A stretch of DNA of 63,867 nucleotides, filler included, from Octopus bimaculoides (lineage: Eukaryota), in assembly GCF_001194135.2 (NCBI RefSeq). It is 9 parts of 8 records of this genome, joined end to end, with 100 filler letters (N's around TTAATTAATTAA, not from the genome) between each part and the next. Parts side by side here need not be neighbours in the genome. Positions count along the whole stretch, not along the records: positions 23,851 to 30,063 come from NC_068989.1; positions 30,164 to 34,029 come from NC_068985.1; positions 34,130 to 36,940 come from NC_068993.1; positions 37,041 to 39,722 come from NC_068984.1; positions 39,823 to 57,728 come from NC_068987.1; 4 more parts are not named here. The stretch is one strand, 5' to 3'. Shown piece by piece: positions 26,970 through 39,977 of the stretch (position 1 is its first letter; each line of letters opens with the position of its first letter). The translations under genes and the position numbers were made by a program. The notes beneath the pieces were generated by a model. The model had not been told where the DNA came from. It searched no databases and worked only from the letters and a program-made list of their open reading frames with translations.

Positions 26970-27473
26970 TATTATTATTATTCGTTATTGTCTTTGCGCA
27001 GCTTCTAACGCTGGAGATGTACTACAATGTCAGCTGTTCACTCCCAGTGAACTAAAATAAAACTCCTTATTTTTCGAGCACCATCCGGAGTATTCGATCG
27101 ATTCCAAGCAGTGCTGTTTTCTGCAAGTGCTCCACCCTTATTGCAGCCCCTATTTGTTCCATGTACCTCTCAAGATTTTTACTCACTGTTCCCAGGGCTC
27201 CGACAATTATTGGTACTGCTACCAACTTTTTCATCGACCCAAACCTCCCAAGCTAACCTCTCATATCTATCGACTTTTCATTCTTCCTTATCGCATACCT
27301 TGTCTGCTGAGCATTGACTGGTGATATGCCATACGGTTTCACCATTTTTTCCAAAACAAAAAAAAAAAAAATTCAGAAATTCAAAAATTCAACAATCTGG
27401 TCAGGTGCTGGGGTTGATGTAATTGACTAGTCTCCTCCCCCAAATTTCAGGCCTTGTGCCTAGAGAAGAAAGA

Positions 27474-27523
<50 letters not shown>

Positions 27524-27892
27524 NNNNNNNNNNNNNNNNAAAAAAAAAAAAAAAAAAAAAATGAAAACAGCTGAAATGCAAAAGAGAATCTAATACAGAA
27601 TTTATTTATAAGAACACTCTGGCAAACCCTGGTGTTTTCTCAAAACACTGTACTAATTTACATAATTAGAGTAAATGAATTAGTTCTCTAATTAGTAATA
27701 TTTTCCCAGTCTGTTGCAGTGCTTGGTGGGATATTAACACATGTGTGTGTGTGTGTATGCATGTATGTATGTATGTATGTATGTATGTATGTATGTATGT
27801 ATGTGTGTATCTGTGGAGGCGTTTGCGCTTGTGTATATGCATCTATATACGTAAATATTCATTCATTCATCCTCTCACACACATATACATAC

Positions 27893-28289
27893 ATAAATTG
27901 TTTATACTTGTTCAATACACAAAACATTCTAACAATTGGTTTTTATACAATTCCTTATAATGTTTAATTATAAAATTATAAAAGGATTTTTTAAACATCG
28001 AATGGGTAGGTGGGTCTAGCCAATAGAAATAGGAATCAAAGGAGTTCATAGGGAAAAAAAGGGCTGAGCATCCCTGGTGTAGATAGAAAAAGTAGTACGT
28101 GTGTGTGTATGTACACATATATGTGTACATATATGAACCCCTTTGATTCCTATTTTTATTGGCTGGACCCACCTACCCATTCGATGTTTAAAAAATCCTT
28201 TTATAATTTTATAATTAAACATTATAAGGAATTGTATAAAAACCAATTGTTAGAATGTTTTGTGTATTGAACAAGTATAAACAATTTAT
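27893..28289. repeat. Long inverted repeat: 158-bp arms, 81-bp spacer
   Basis: 27893-28050 is the reverse complement of 28132-28289 with 3 mismatches. Confidence 0.95.
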
Positions 28290-28547
28290 TGCAGATAAAC
28301 TTTGACAATAAAATCTTATATGGACCCAGGGATATAGTAGAAGACCCTTGGCCATGGTGTCACGCAGTGGGACTGAACCCGGAACCATGATTTTCACCCC
28401 GGCAGGGAACCGAACCCGATCCCATCACGATACATATTATTATACTTCCAGGGACTATATATTTTATATATCTATATAATGTATATATCTATATAATGTA
28501 TAGATAATCTCTATGTAATGTATAGGTATAATATATACGTATAATAT

Positions 28548-28738
28548 AAGGCGGCGAGCTGGCAGAATCGTTACGACAACGGACAAAACGCTAAGCGGCA
28601 TATCGTTCGTCTTTGAGTTCAAATTCCACCGATGTCGACTTTGCCTTTCATCCTTTCGGGGGTCAATGAATTAAGTACCAGTGCAACACTGGAGTCCCTC
28701 TCCTGAAATTTGTGGGCTTGAGCCAAAATTTGAAACAA
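28548..28738 (+). mobile_element. tRNA-derived SINE, family A
   Basis: ggcggcgagctggcagaatcgtta head, gagttcaaattcc B box, central ctttgcctttcatcctttcggg motif (Deu/Nin-domain-like, by recall). Other copies: 6104-6305(+), 11263-11486(-), 20975-21175(-), 21245-21468(-), 27390-27470(+), 32188-32390(-), 35240-35385(+), 35388-35580(+), 36425-36662(-), 36680-36820(-). Confidence 0.85.
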
Positions 28739-28780
28739 ATAATATACCTATCTATCTATCTATACACACACACGCACACT

Positions 28781-28827
<47 letters not shown>

Positions 28828-28936
28828 GTATGTGGTATACACGAGCGTATGTATGTTNNNNNNNNNNTATATATATATATATATATATATTTGTGTATGT
28901 GGTATACACGAGCGTATGTATGTTGGTGTCTGTCTG

Positions 28937-28987
<51 letters not shown>

Positions 28988-29396
28988 ATCTAACTAACTA
29001 AATATGTTTATGTATATGTGTGTATGTATGTGTGTGTGTGTGTGTGTTTGTGTGTGTATAACAAGCACAAGTTCACGCATTTATGAGTCATAAGCAGATT
29101 TTGGGAAGTTTCCAGAGACACAACATTGCCATCTTGAAAACTGTTGATGCAGAACTGGAACCATGAAAAGAAGACCACAAATACACATCAATACACAACA
29201 CAGAAGAGGGAGAGAGAGGGAGAGANNNNNNNNNNNNNNNNNNNNNNNNNNNNNNNNNNNNNNNNNNNNNNNNNNNNNNNNNNNNNNNNNNNNNNNNNNN
29301 NNNNNNNNNNNTGGGTGAGGTGGGTTTATTGTATAAGCTACTTCAAACAACCGGAGACAATAGCGTCACAGATTCAATAGGCAAAACTATATAACA

Positions 29397-30060
29397 ATGA
29401 AACACAACAACAGCAAGAATAACAACAACAACAACAACAACAACAACAGTACCAAACACGGCAACAGCAACAATAATAATAGTAACAAGAAGAAAACAAC
29501 AAGACCAGCATCAACAGGAACAACAATAATAGTAACAAGCCACGAACAATTGTGCCAACAAGGAAAACGTTATGTACGAACGACTTCGATGGTAAATATA
29601 ACAGGAACGCCAGGAACTGTAATAGCTACAATAAAGGTAAAAATAACAACACAGCAGTAACAACAACAACAACAACAACAACAATAGTAATACTAAGAAT
29701 AACAACAACACTAATAACGGCGACAACAACAATTACAAGAATAATGGCAACAGTAATACTTTACAAGAGCAACAAAAGTAACAACGACTGTAACAACAAT
29801 GGCGTCGCTCACAATCTAACTAATTCAGTTGAAATTAGTAATTATGATATTATGATATAATTTTCATTTGAATTTTGAAGCAAATCAATGGCTAATTGTT
29901 TTTAATTGGGGTGGGTTAGGGTGGCGGGCTGGAAGGTGGAGCGTCTTCTGACGGCGGTGGAGGAGGCGGTGGTGGCGGGGGTGGAGGATGTCGTGGTTGT
30001 GGTATTGGTTGTTGTGGTGGTGGTGGTGGTGGTGGTGGTGGTGGCTGCGTTGAGTGCGTT
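29397..30060. repeat. Imperfect (AAC)n and (GTG)n low-complexity block
   Basis: Direct reading. One of many simple repeats; (TA)n, (CA)n, (TATC)n, (TATG)n, (TCT)n, (ATT)n, (CAT)n and (CCT)n occur throughout. Confidence 0.9.
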
Positions 30061-30163
30061 TGTNNNNNNNNNNNNNNNNNNNNNNNNNNNNNNNNNNNNN
30101 NNNNNNNTTAATTAATTAANNNNNNNNNNNNNNNNNNNNNNNNNNNNNNNNNNNNNNNNNNNN

Positions 30164-30198
<35 letters not shown>

Positions 30199-30808
30199 CA
30201 GATAAAACTTACTTGGAAAAGGATGCGTGGCATTCGATCATATAATAATATAAATAATATATAAATATATGCATATATACATACATATATGTATATACCT
30301 ACCTTTATGTGTATACATACATGCATATATGCGTACAGGACATAAAAAAAAAACGTTAAACACAATGAGAAATGAAAACATAAAAACAAAAACATATTAT
30401 ATGATCGAACGCCACGCATCCTTTTCCAAGTAAGTTTTATCTTAATAATCCCGATGCGCACCCTTCTACTATCTCTTCTCTGTCTTCATCCTTTCTGCTC
30501 TTCTTTCCCTTTCCCTCTCTGTCTCCCACTCTTCCTCTTTGACTCTCTCGTCGCTGACACGTGACAAAATGGGATCGTTCTTTCTATCCACTTCCTTCTT
30601 AAGGAAAAGACGTGCCTTTTCCTGTCTCCTCATGGCTCAACTAGCTAGCGTATATAATAATTTTTCTATCATCTTGGCTCAACAGCCTTCACCGTTGTTT
30701 TTTACTGTCATGTTCTCACTGTCCTGTTCTTGTTAACACTTTCACCCTCCGCAAAAACATCCCAAATTTTATTTAATTTGCTTTGCGGGAAGGACTGTTT
30801 CAACGAAG

Positions 30809-30870
30809 TCGCGTATTGTCCTTGCCTTCGAAACGCGGAGTAGATGAAACAGGGACAACTGACGAAGGGG
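30809..30870 (+). ncRNA. Candidate permuted (pseudoknotted) hammerhead motif
   Basis: CGCGT-A-TTGTCCTTG-CCTTC-GAAACGCG-11 nt-CAGGGACAA-CTGACGA-AGGGG: 5-6 bp stem III, up to 9 bp stem I, all core residues present, non-standard strand order. Confidence 0.55.
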
Positions 30871-33800
30871 TATACTATTTATGTTGTTTGTTTATTTCGT
30901 AGTTTAAAAAAAGTTCGTTTTCAATGATTTTGTTTTTATGTTTTCATTGTGCTTAACGTTTTTTATTATGTCCTGTACCCATATATGCATGTATGTATAC
31001 ATAGAGATGTAGGTATGTACATATATGTATGTATATATGTATATATTTATATATATATATATGTATGTACAGCTATGTAAGTATGAACATGTGTATGGCA
31101 GCATATATATGTATAACCAGACGTGCTTCCGTTGAAAGGAAGCTCGCTTCCCAAACATAGCTGTTCAGTACCAGTGGGTAATAGGTAACCCAGGCGACTG
31201 ACTTCTATTCTAGCCCGTAAAAGACTTTTTCAATTACCCGAGCGTCAAATTAATACACCTACTTGGAAAGGACAGTAGGATTCGTTGCACACAAAGTAGC
31301 GATATCTCACTCCTACAATCTTTGTAAATATTTCGATACCGCATATGACATCAATGATTAGACAATATATTTTCACGAAAGAAACCAAAGCAGAGAAAGA
31401 GGGAAACAGAAAATAAAAAGGTGTTTTCAAGAAAAAAGAATGGAAGGAAAGTAAACCCGTCACTTAGAAAACAAGAAACCAATGTATTATGTGTATAAGT
31501 CAGTATGCCCATGCGTTTGTACCGATATATATATATATATATATATACATATATATTCACACCTAAATATTGATCAGTAGTTTACTTTACGAAATGTCTG
31601 CTGTACTTCTTATTAAGTTTATCATCAGATAAAAACAAAGTGAAGTTTACTTATTTTCGTAAAATAACAAACACTTCGTGCACATTTCTCTTTTATTGTT
31701 ACTTGCTTCAGAGAATCCATTAAAACTTGTAAACAGGGTGTGTGATAAAACGCGTAATTCACATTTATTCAGTGTATCAATTCCCCTTGCGGTGCTGGTG
31801 CTGGCGCCGGTACAACCGATGATGTCCTCTGTGAGTGTCGATGATGGCGGTTGTGATTGTCAACGTGGTTTGGTAATTTACTTTTTGTTAGATAGATGTA
31901 TATATATTGACAAACAGACAGTTAGCCAGATAGCAAAGTAGATAGAAAAATCCACTTATTCATGTAAAAGTCATGGACATCAATATAAATTTCCTAACAA
32001 CTTTTTGGTAAATATTGTTTCGTCGATAGATAAACACAATCACTTATATTTTCGTGAATCTAACACTGCAATTAATTAAACTTGTATTGTCACCAGTGTG
32101 TATCAAGATGTGATTTCTATAAAATATTTTGAGCCACCTTCTTTCTGCTAATGTGATAAAAATTGAATGTAGTATATTCTTTTCTACTCTAGGCATAAGG
32201 CCCGAAGTTTTTGGGGGAAGGGAGCCAGTTGATTAGATCGACCCCAGTACGCTACTGGTACTTAATTTATCGAACCCGAACGGATGAAAGGTAAAGTGGA
32301 CCTCTGCGGAATTTGAACTCAGAACATAAAGATAGACGAAATACTGCTAAGCATTTCGCCCGGCGTACTGACGTTTCTGCTGGCTCGCCACATTTGAATA
32401 TAGTATATTGAATATAGTATGGAATACTCTTTGGGTTGTAGGTTTTCTTCATTCTGACCTCGTATTTTCTCATTCTCAATATCCATTTTACGACTTCGTT
32501 TCTTAAAATTCTGAATGCAAACATTAAATTCATCGTAAAATAGTTTGTTTTCCACTTTCGTCGTGTTTCGCATTTGAATGTCTGCACGATCGTTCCAGCA
32601 TCAATTGGTATCTGTACATTTCCTGTTTAGCACTGACAAAGAACTGTGTGGCCCGGGGCTCTAGTGGAAGCAACTACAAAGCTATGTCTGCGCTAATACA
32701 TATGCACATCTGGAAACATCCAAATAGCATAATGCACAGCGCTGTTGATTACTTCTCATTTCTTATTTACTAAAACAACTCTTCACAGTTCTGTGCACGA
32801 ATATCTAATCAAAGTAATGATATTGCTGCATCGGTGCATTGATTATTTGTGCCAAAGAGGGCATATATTTATGTGCTTTAGAGAACGACTTTAGCTATGT
32901 TTCTATTTATCCAATAATTATTGTTAGTGAATAATTGTCACGTTTCATACGAATATTTCTACTCAAGTTAGTTTTGCAGAGAAAGGCAAGCAAACATATG
33001 ACCATTTCGTGCACATGCTACGCAGAAAGGGTCATAAGTCTGTGGGCAATGAAACGCCTATTTGAATGTTTGGTTGGTCAACTTAATGAGCAATAGAAAT
33101 AAATCTGAGAGGTAATTAGCAATGTTAAGACATTAGAATTATCTAGTAATTCTGGTTTGACATATATGCCGGTACACCCAATTGAAGCATCAATAATCTT
33201 AGAATTCAGCCTTCAAAATCACGGAAATCATTAAACCGAAAGAAAATAACCCGTTTCCGTTTCCTACAATTCTCAGAACACAACATCACTTCCAATATAA
33301 CAACTATTTACTTCCACTAATCGCCAACGAATCATATCGCGACAGCTTGAGATCAAAACGCATCGATCAAAATATAATTGAATCCCTTAAATCCATATCA
33401 CTTATCACGCTATAAAAGTAATTGTCAGCCAGATACTTTCATTGGTCGTTGTATTTGTATTCATTTACATAGTCACGAAAACACTAACAGATATGTGGTG
33501 GTTTAATGGCTCCACTCGGAGATAGTTATAATGCGGAATGTATTACACATCCTTCCTACGCTAACCAAACACAATGAAAGGAAATACGATCGGCTTCAAA
33601 AGAGTAAATTGCTTAACGACTTCTTTTTACTTTTCCGCTACGAAACAAACATAAAACGCAGTGCGTTCATTAATTAATCGAATGTATGTACGTACGTATG
33701 TATGTATGTATGTATGTATGTATGTATGTATGTATGTATGTATGTACGTACGTACGTATGTATGTATGTATGTATGTATGTATGTATGTTTGTATGTATG

Positions 33801-33985
33801 TATATATGTATGTATGTATTATGTGAGGAGTAGATAGACAGCCGACAACTGAGGACGGGTCGTTCTTTGTGTTACTTGTCCTGTTTTCCATTTATTTCTC
33901 TCGTTGTTTGCGCATTGAACTCGTTTGTTTTCGTTGTTTATTGCTGGTAACGTCCTGTAGCCATATATGCATATGTGTGAGTGCG

Positions 33986-34029
<44 letters not shown>

Positions 34030-36124
34030 NNNNNNNNNNNNNNNNNNNNNNNNNNNNNNNNNNNNNNNNNNNNTTAATTAATTAANNNNNNNNNNNNNNN
34101 NNNNNNNNNNNNNNNNNNNNNNNNNNNNNTGTGTACACAAATATATGTGTGTGTGTGTGTACACAAATATATATACATGTGTGTGTGTGTGTGCGCGTGC
34201 GTGTAGGCGCATGTCTTAGTGGTTAGGGTGTTACACTCACGATTGCGAGATAATGGTTTCGATTCCCAGAACGGGCGTTGCGTTGTGTTCTTGAGCAAAA
34301 CACTTCATTTCACGCCGCTCTTCGAGAGAGAGAGAGAGAGAAATATCAAAGAAAGAAAACAGTAAGAAAAATCTTTGCCGACAAAACTTTTTTCACTAAA
34401 TCGCGACTAACTTACACCAATGAAAGCTTAAATTGCTATCACGTGACAAGAGATTAGTGTAAATATTCAATTTCCATTTGACAACTTTTTTCTATACCAT
34501 TTAACTGTTACTACGTGAGAAGTGTGTATACCCACCTTGCGACTCTTATCAATAAGTTAACTGCAATACACACACAAACACACACGCGATGGGCCTAAAG
34601 TTATTCTTTCTGCTTCTATCGCTTACTGGAACGATCACTTTGTCAAAGACGCAGGTATTTCACCATTTATTTTCTTTCTTTTTTTCTTAATTACTTGTTA
34701 ATTACCATTTCTCGTTTGCTTCATGTTTCCTTCTTTTTGTTTTAGTATTAATTAGCCCTTCAGTGACATCTACATACAATATATATATATAAATATATAA
34801 ATATATATATGTAAGAAAAGTTATAAAGAAAGAAATCGATTTATTCCTTTGTCATCTTGGTTGTTATCACCGCTCTGTACTCGATCAACGCTTCGTTCAG
34901 AAACATACGTATATTGAGTTCTACACCAGGTTATTAATAGCGCAATGCCTAAGCGAAGCACACACACACACACACACACAAAAAGAATGTTATCAAACTA
35001 GCGATAGAACGTTCATGTATTATTTTCATGCGGTGTTTTATTAAAATGTATATTAACAAACTGTATTTATATTGGATCAAAGTATGTCTTAGGAAAATTC
35101 TTGTGCATTTTCATTCATCCTTAATTAATTGCTACCAGAGAACTAATGTTGATGTTAGTTTTACTCTTGAAATAAAAATAAACACTATTTATCGAGATTT
35201 TTTTTTTTTTTTTTTTTTACTATTATTATTAAATTCTTAGTTCGAATTCCGCCGCTGTCAACTTTGCCTTTCATCCTTTCGGGACTCGATATAAAATAAA
35301 TACCAGTTAAACAATGAGGGCAGGTGTAGTCGACTTCCTCAAAAATGTCTGTCCTTCTCCTAAAATTAGAAACAAAAATTTATTATTAGAAGGTGGTGAG
35401 CTGGCAGAATCGTTAGCACGTCGGGCATTTCGTCCACTTTGACGTTCTACGTTCAAATTCCACCGAGATCGACTTTGCCTTCCATCCTTTCAAGGTCGAT
35501 AAAATAAGTACAGGTTGAATTCTAGGATCGATGTAATTAATCGACGTACCTGTACAGGCCCTGTGCCAAAAACTTGAAATCTTCATATTTATCATTCTTG
35601 TTTTTTTTTGTTTTTTTCAGTCAAATTTTATTCGTTTTAAATTATTATAAAGGTAATCTTTCTAGAGAGTGTAGTTACATAGAAATCGCGATAAGAAAAT
35701 GTTTCGTTTCTTATTGACAGACAACAGATTTCCTGATCAATTGTTTGTAAAGTTCTCACTGCCATTTAACTAACCTTATTAACTCTCTATATTAGCGATT
35801 AATTGTCACAACAAACCCGCAATTTAAACACCAGCCGTTAATTTTTCTCCTTTTCCTCTGTCAGCCAGTAACTTATTTTTTCTGTACTTTTTTCTCTAAT
35901 GATTTGTTTTAAGTAGTTTTAATTCTGAAAGCAAAGACAGACTTGTAGCCTTCACTGATGACCCCACTTCTTCCACGAGTCACTCTCAGTCTTGATCAAA
36001 CATTCATTAAAGAATGTTCTCAGTTGTTCTCCAAAGAAGTTGGACAACAAATTGTTAATTAATGGGTTTGTAAGATCTGTCTTAACGAGCCGTTTATTCC
36101 TATTTGCTAATGTGTATGTATGTG

Positions 36125-36197
<73 letters not shown>

Positions 36198-39100
36198 AGT
36201 CTTTGTGTGTGTGTATGTAGTAATGTGTGTGTAACAGTTAGACTGGTTCGGGTTTCACCAAGAAGAAACGAAAAATCAATGAGGATGTCTCTCTCAGATC
36301 GTTCGACGTGCGAGAAATAGCAACCGAATTACCCTCAATGTCATATTTATCCTCATAGAAAACAAAGGAACACATGGGACAACCTAGTTTCCTCGTCCAG
36401 TACTACCTAATTATTATTATTATTATTATTAATGCTTATAATAATAATGGATTCAAATTTTGCCACAAGGGTAGCAATTTGGGGAGAGGAAATGAATCGA
36501 TTACATCGACCCCCATTGTTTAACTGGTACTTATTTTATCGACCCCAAAACGATGAAAGGTAAAGTCGATCTCGACGGAATTTGAACTCAAAACTTAGCA
36601 ACGGGTGAAATACCGCTAAGCATTTCGTCCAGTGCGCTAACGATTCTGCCAGCTCGCCGCTTTTTCAATAAGGATCCTACAATAGGCATAAGATTTGAAA
36701 ATTTTGGGGGATGTGGTCTAGACGATTACATCGACCCCAGTGCTCAACTGGTACTTATCTCATCGAGCTCGAAAGCATGAAAGGCAAACTTGACTACAGT
36801 GGGATTTGAACACGGAACGTACATATCTGAGATAAAATCATTCATATAGGCTTCTATTCCACTTTGAGAATGAGACAAGATTAAAGGCATGGTTTTGTGA
36901 TCAGATGTTTGATTCCTAACTCAGTTCCGGGTTCAGTCCCNNNNNNNNNNNNNNNNNNNNNNNNNNNNNNNNNNNNNNNNNNNNTTAATTAATTAANNNN
37001 NNNNNNNNNNNNNNNNNNNNNNNNNNNNNNNNNNNNNNNNCCGGTTTCACCAGTCCTCAGTCAAATCGTCCAACCCATGCTAGCATGGAAAGCGGACGTT
37101 AAACGATGATGATGATGATGATGATAGACTAAGAGTATTAGGTGTAACTCAATTTTAAGCAGATGCATGTGTAGCTTTCTGGTATTACCTTACTCTACTG
37201 TCCATGGCAGATGGTAGACCAGAGATGATATACTTTAGGGCCATAATAGCCTTCCATGACTGTCAGTAGAAGCTGCAAGTAAAAAAAATAGCAGCTGATA
37301 TATGGCAGAAATTGGTTGTGGTTGTGTGAGGGGAAAATCGTCCGATTTGGATGATCTGTCCCGTGACATTTATACATGCATATCAGCTTGGTTCACTGAA
37401 ATTTTAGCAGGTGTCTTGTCGCCAGGTGTAGCAAAGTTGAACTTAAAACTCAACACCTCGCATGGTAAATCCATGTGACTAGTTACAGCTGAGCAATGCT
37501 TGACCAACAAAGTTATTAAGTAGTGTGGAGTCTGATTCAGGTGAATCAGACAGGTGTGGAGTCTGATACCAGGTGAATAGGAAATGGGATGAACCTACAA
37601 ATAGAGTGGCTGTTATCATTCAGAAATGGGCTTATATGAAGCTATCTCTGAAAAGCCAGGTAGAAGTAACAAATGTATGCACCATTTCCATTATGTATTA
37701 ATGCGTGACCATTATACATTGTCCTAGTTGTTCTCTGATCGGATTGGAATGTTTGCTCTTACACTTTTTATAAAAGAGTTGTGTTCCACTGGCCAGAAAG
37801 GGCCATCTGCACCCAACATCCCTTGTACAGAAAGATCAATAGATTATGGCTGATGATGCACAGATATGTGCTGAGGCTGTGAAATCTACAAAGATTCCTG
37901 GACTGTGAGCAAATGTGGTCATCTTTTATCAAGCATGTATTTTGGCAGCATTTCTTTTTGACAGGGCAGCTGTTTCTGGTCAAGCAAAAACTAAGGCCAA
38001 ACATCTGGCATCTGCAATGATGTCAGGTGCTCAAAGTTCTCTACTAGTAGGCCAATGTACCTGATGGAATTTCCAAATTAGCATTCTGGTTGGTTGGTCA
38101 GTTAGCTGCTCAACCATGGATTATTTCATTTACCAGATATTTCTTGGATTCTTGTCTAAGTCTCACAAAGAAATTGACTTGGAAATAATAGATTCATGGC
38201 TCTAATTTTTAATACCATTTTGCACATCTTCGTGCATATTTTATGGCAGTCATGATAGAAAATCAAACTCTTTGATGTCTACAAGACATGTTTACTGTAA
38301 AATCTTTTCCCCTACTTCTGTAGCTGTTAGCAACAATAATTTTCTTTCCTTTTTGTATTATTATTTTTGGGACATTAAATATATAATATTTCTCGGAAAA
38401 GCAACAGACATTGATGTTTATAGGAATTTTATCTAATAAAACCGTGGAAATAAGATTCATCAAAATATATCTAACGGTTTTTAAGATGCCATAATAAATA
38501 TGCAGTGTTTACAGCAATCCAATAATATACTAGTCTCTAGAATTTGTCATAAGCTAATATGATCAGAGTACTTTTCACTATCATTCGTTTAGAATTCTTT
38601 TTCTTTACTTTTTATCTCCTATCTCTTTCTCTCTAAACTATACAATACACAAACATTGATTTTTTTCCCTCCCGTCTCTATTGATTCTATCAAATTTCCT
38701 AAATGGTTTTACAGCTGTATATCCAGCTGAGAATTGTTCAATAAATTTTCAGACATGCTAAGCTATATATCATAAGTATCTTATGGAAAGAAGAAAAACC
38801 CTAAAAAGTTACAGTGACCTTCTCTCTCACACAAAAATTTCCACTATTCACCACCATGAAGAGTTATTCTTACTATGGATATATCAACAACTGACCATTA
38901 GTGTAGTGGCTTTTCAAAGCATTTCCTGGAATACATAATGGTGAGACATTTCCAGTGGAATAATTTAATGTGGAACTTTAGTGATTGCCATCTGGTCAGA
39001 TGTAATGAAATAACTATTAGACCAGTGCAGTGAAATATTTTGGTTAGAGAATGGGATTCAGTCAACCATTTTAGAAACTCAAGGAGGTTTGTTTTGGTTT

Positions 39101-39621
39101 TTATCATCGTTGTCCTCCTCCTCCTCCTCCTCCTCCTCCTCCTCCTCCTCCTCCTCCTCCTCCTCGTTGTAGTAGTCATCATTATCATCACTATCATCAT
39201 CTTTGTCATTGCTGCTTGTCATTGCAAACGCTACTGCCACAACCATCGCTGCCGCCAACAACCCAGCCCACCACCACCACCACCACTACTACCACTACCT
39301 TCTCTTCATCTGCTTTCACTTCCTCTCCCCTCTCCTCTTCTCTCTCTTTTTCCTCTTGTTCTTGTGTCGAACAGTGAGAATGGGTGCTCAACATCCAATT
39401 TTGAGGATAAATATTCTTCATTTGCATGTTAACAGTACTAGCAATGGTTTCATGGGGGAATGTTTGCATTTCTCAAGCATTCTACTTATGTTTGTAATTG
39501 TCTCCATATTGGTTGTCTCATCTAGCATTGATGAGATTACCAACATTGTTAAAGTGGAGCACTCGAAAAATACCAATTTTCTGCATGAGACCATTGGTAG
39601 CATTGTTAATTCAGAAATGAA

Positions 39622-39662
<41 letters not shown>

Positions 39663-39670
39663 TAGATAGA

Positions 39671-39722
39671 TAAAGCAATTAAGAGTAAGATAAAGCAATT
39701 AAGAGTAAGATAAAGCAATTAA
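39671..39722. repeat. 20-bp minisatellite TAAAGCAATTAAGAGTAAGA running into a gap
   Basis: Two full perfect units and a partial third. Confidence 0.9.
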
Positions 39723-39901
39723 NNNNNNNNNNNNNNNNNNNNNNNNNNNNNNNNNNNNNNNNNNNNTTAATTAATTAANNNNNNNNNNNNNNNNNNNNNN
39801 NNNNNNNNNNNNNNNNNNNNNNTATTATACAGCATTAGAATATCGTGTTGTCATAGTTCACAAAGTTGCTATATTCCGGAATGTGTGTGTGTATGTATAT
39901 T

Positions 39902-39977
<76 letters not shown>

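Noticed and set aside
28822-28925. Direct repeat ttgtgtatgtggtatacacgagcgtatgtatgtt on both sides of a 10-N gap
   Set aside because: Most simply an unmerged contig overlap.
29397-29860. N/T-rich ORFs that resemble FoxN low-complexity exons
   Set aside because: Imperfect (AAC)n repeat open in several frames; no non-repetitive core or convincing splice sites.
37041-37065. Minus-strand CTGAGGA-CTGGT-GAAA
   Set aside because: Antisense of the RTE 3' tail; other copies read GAACC or have a broken core, and there is no stem II.
39040-39661. Poly-L/E/P/H ORFs
   Set aside because: (CCT)n and (CCA)n simple repeats; no domain signal.
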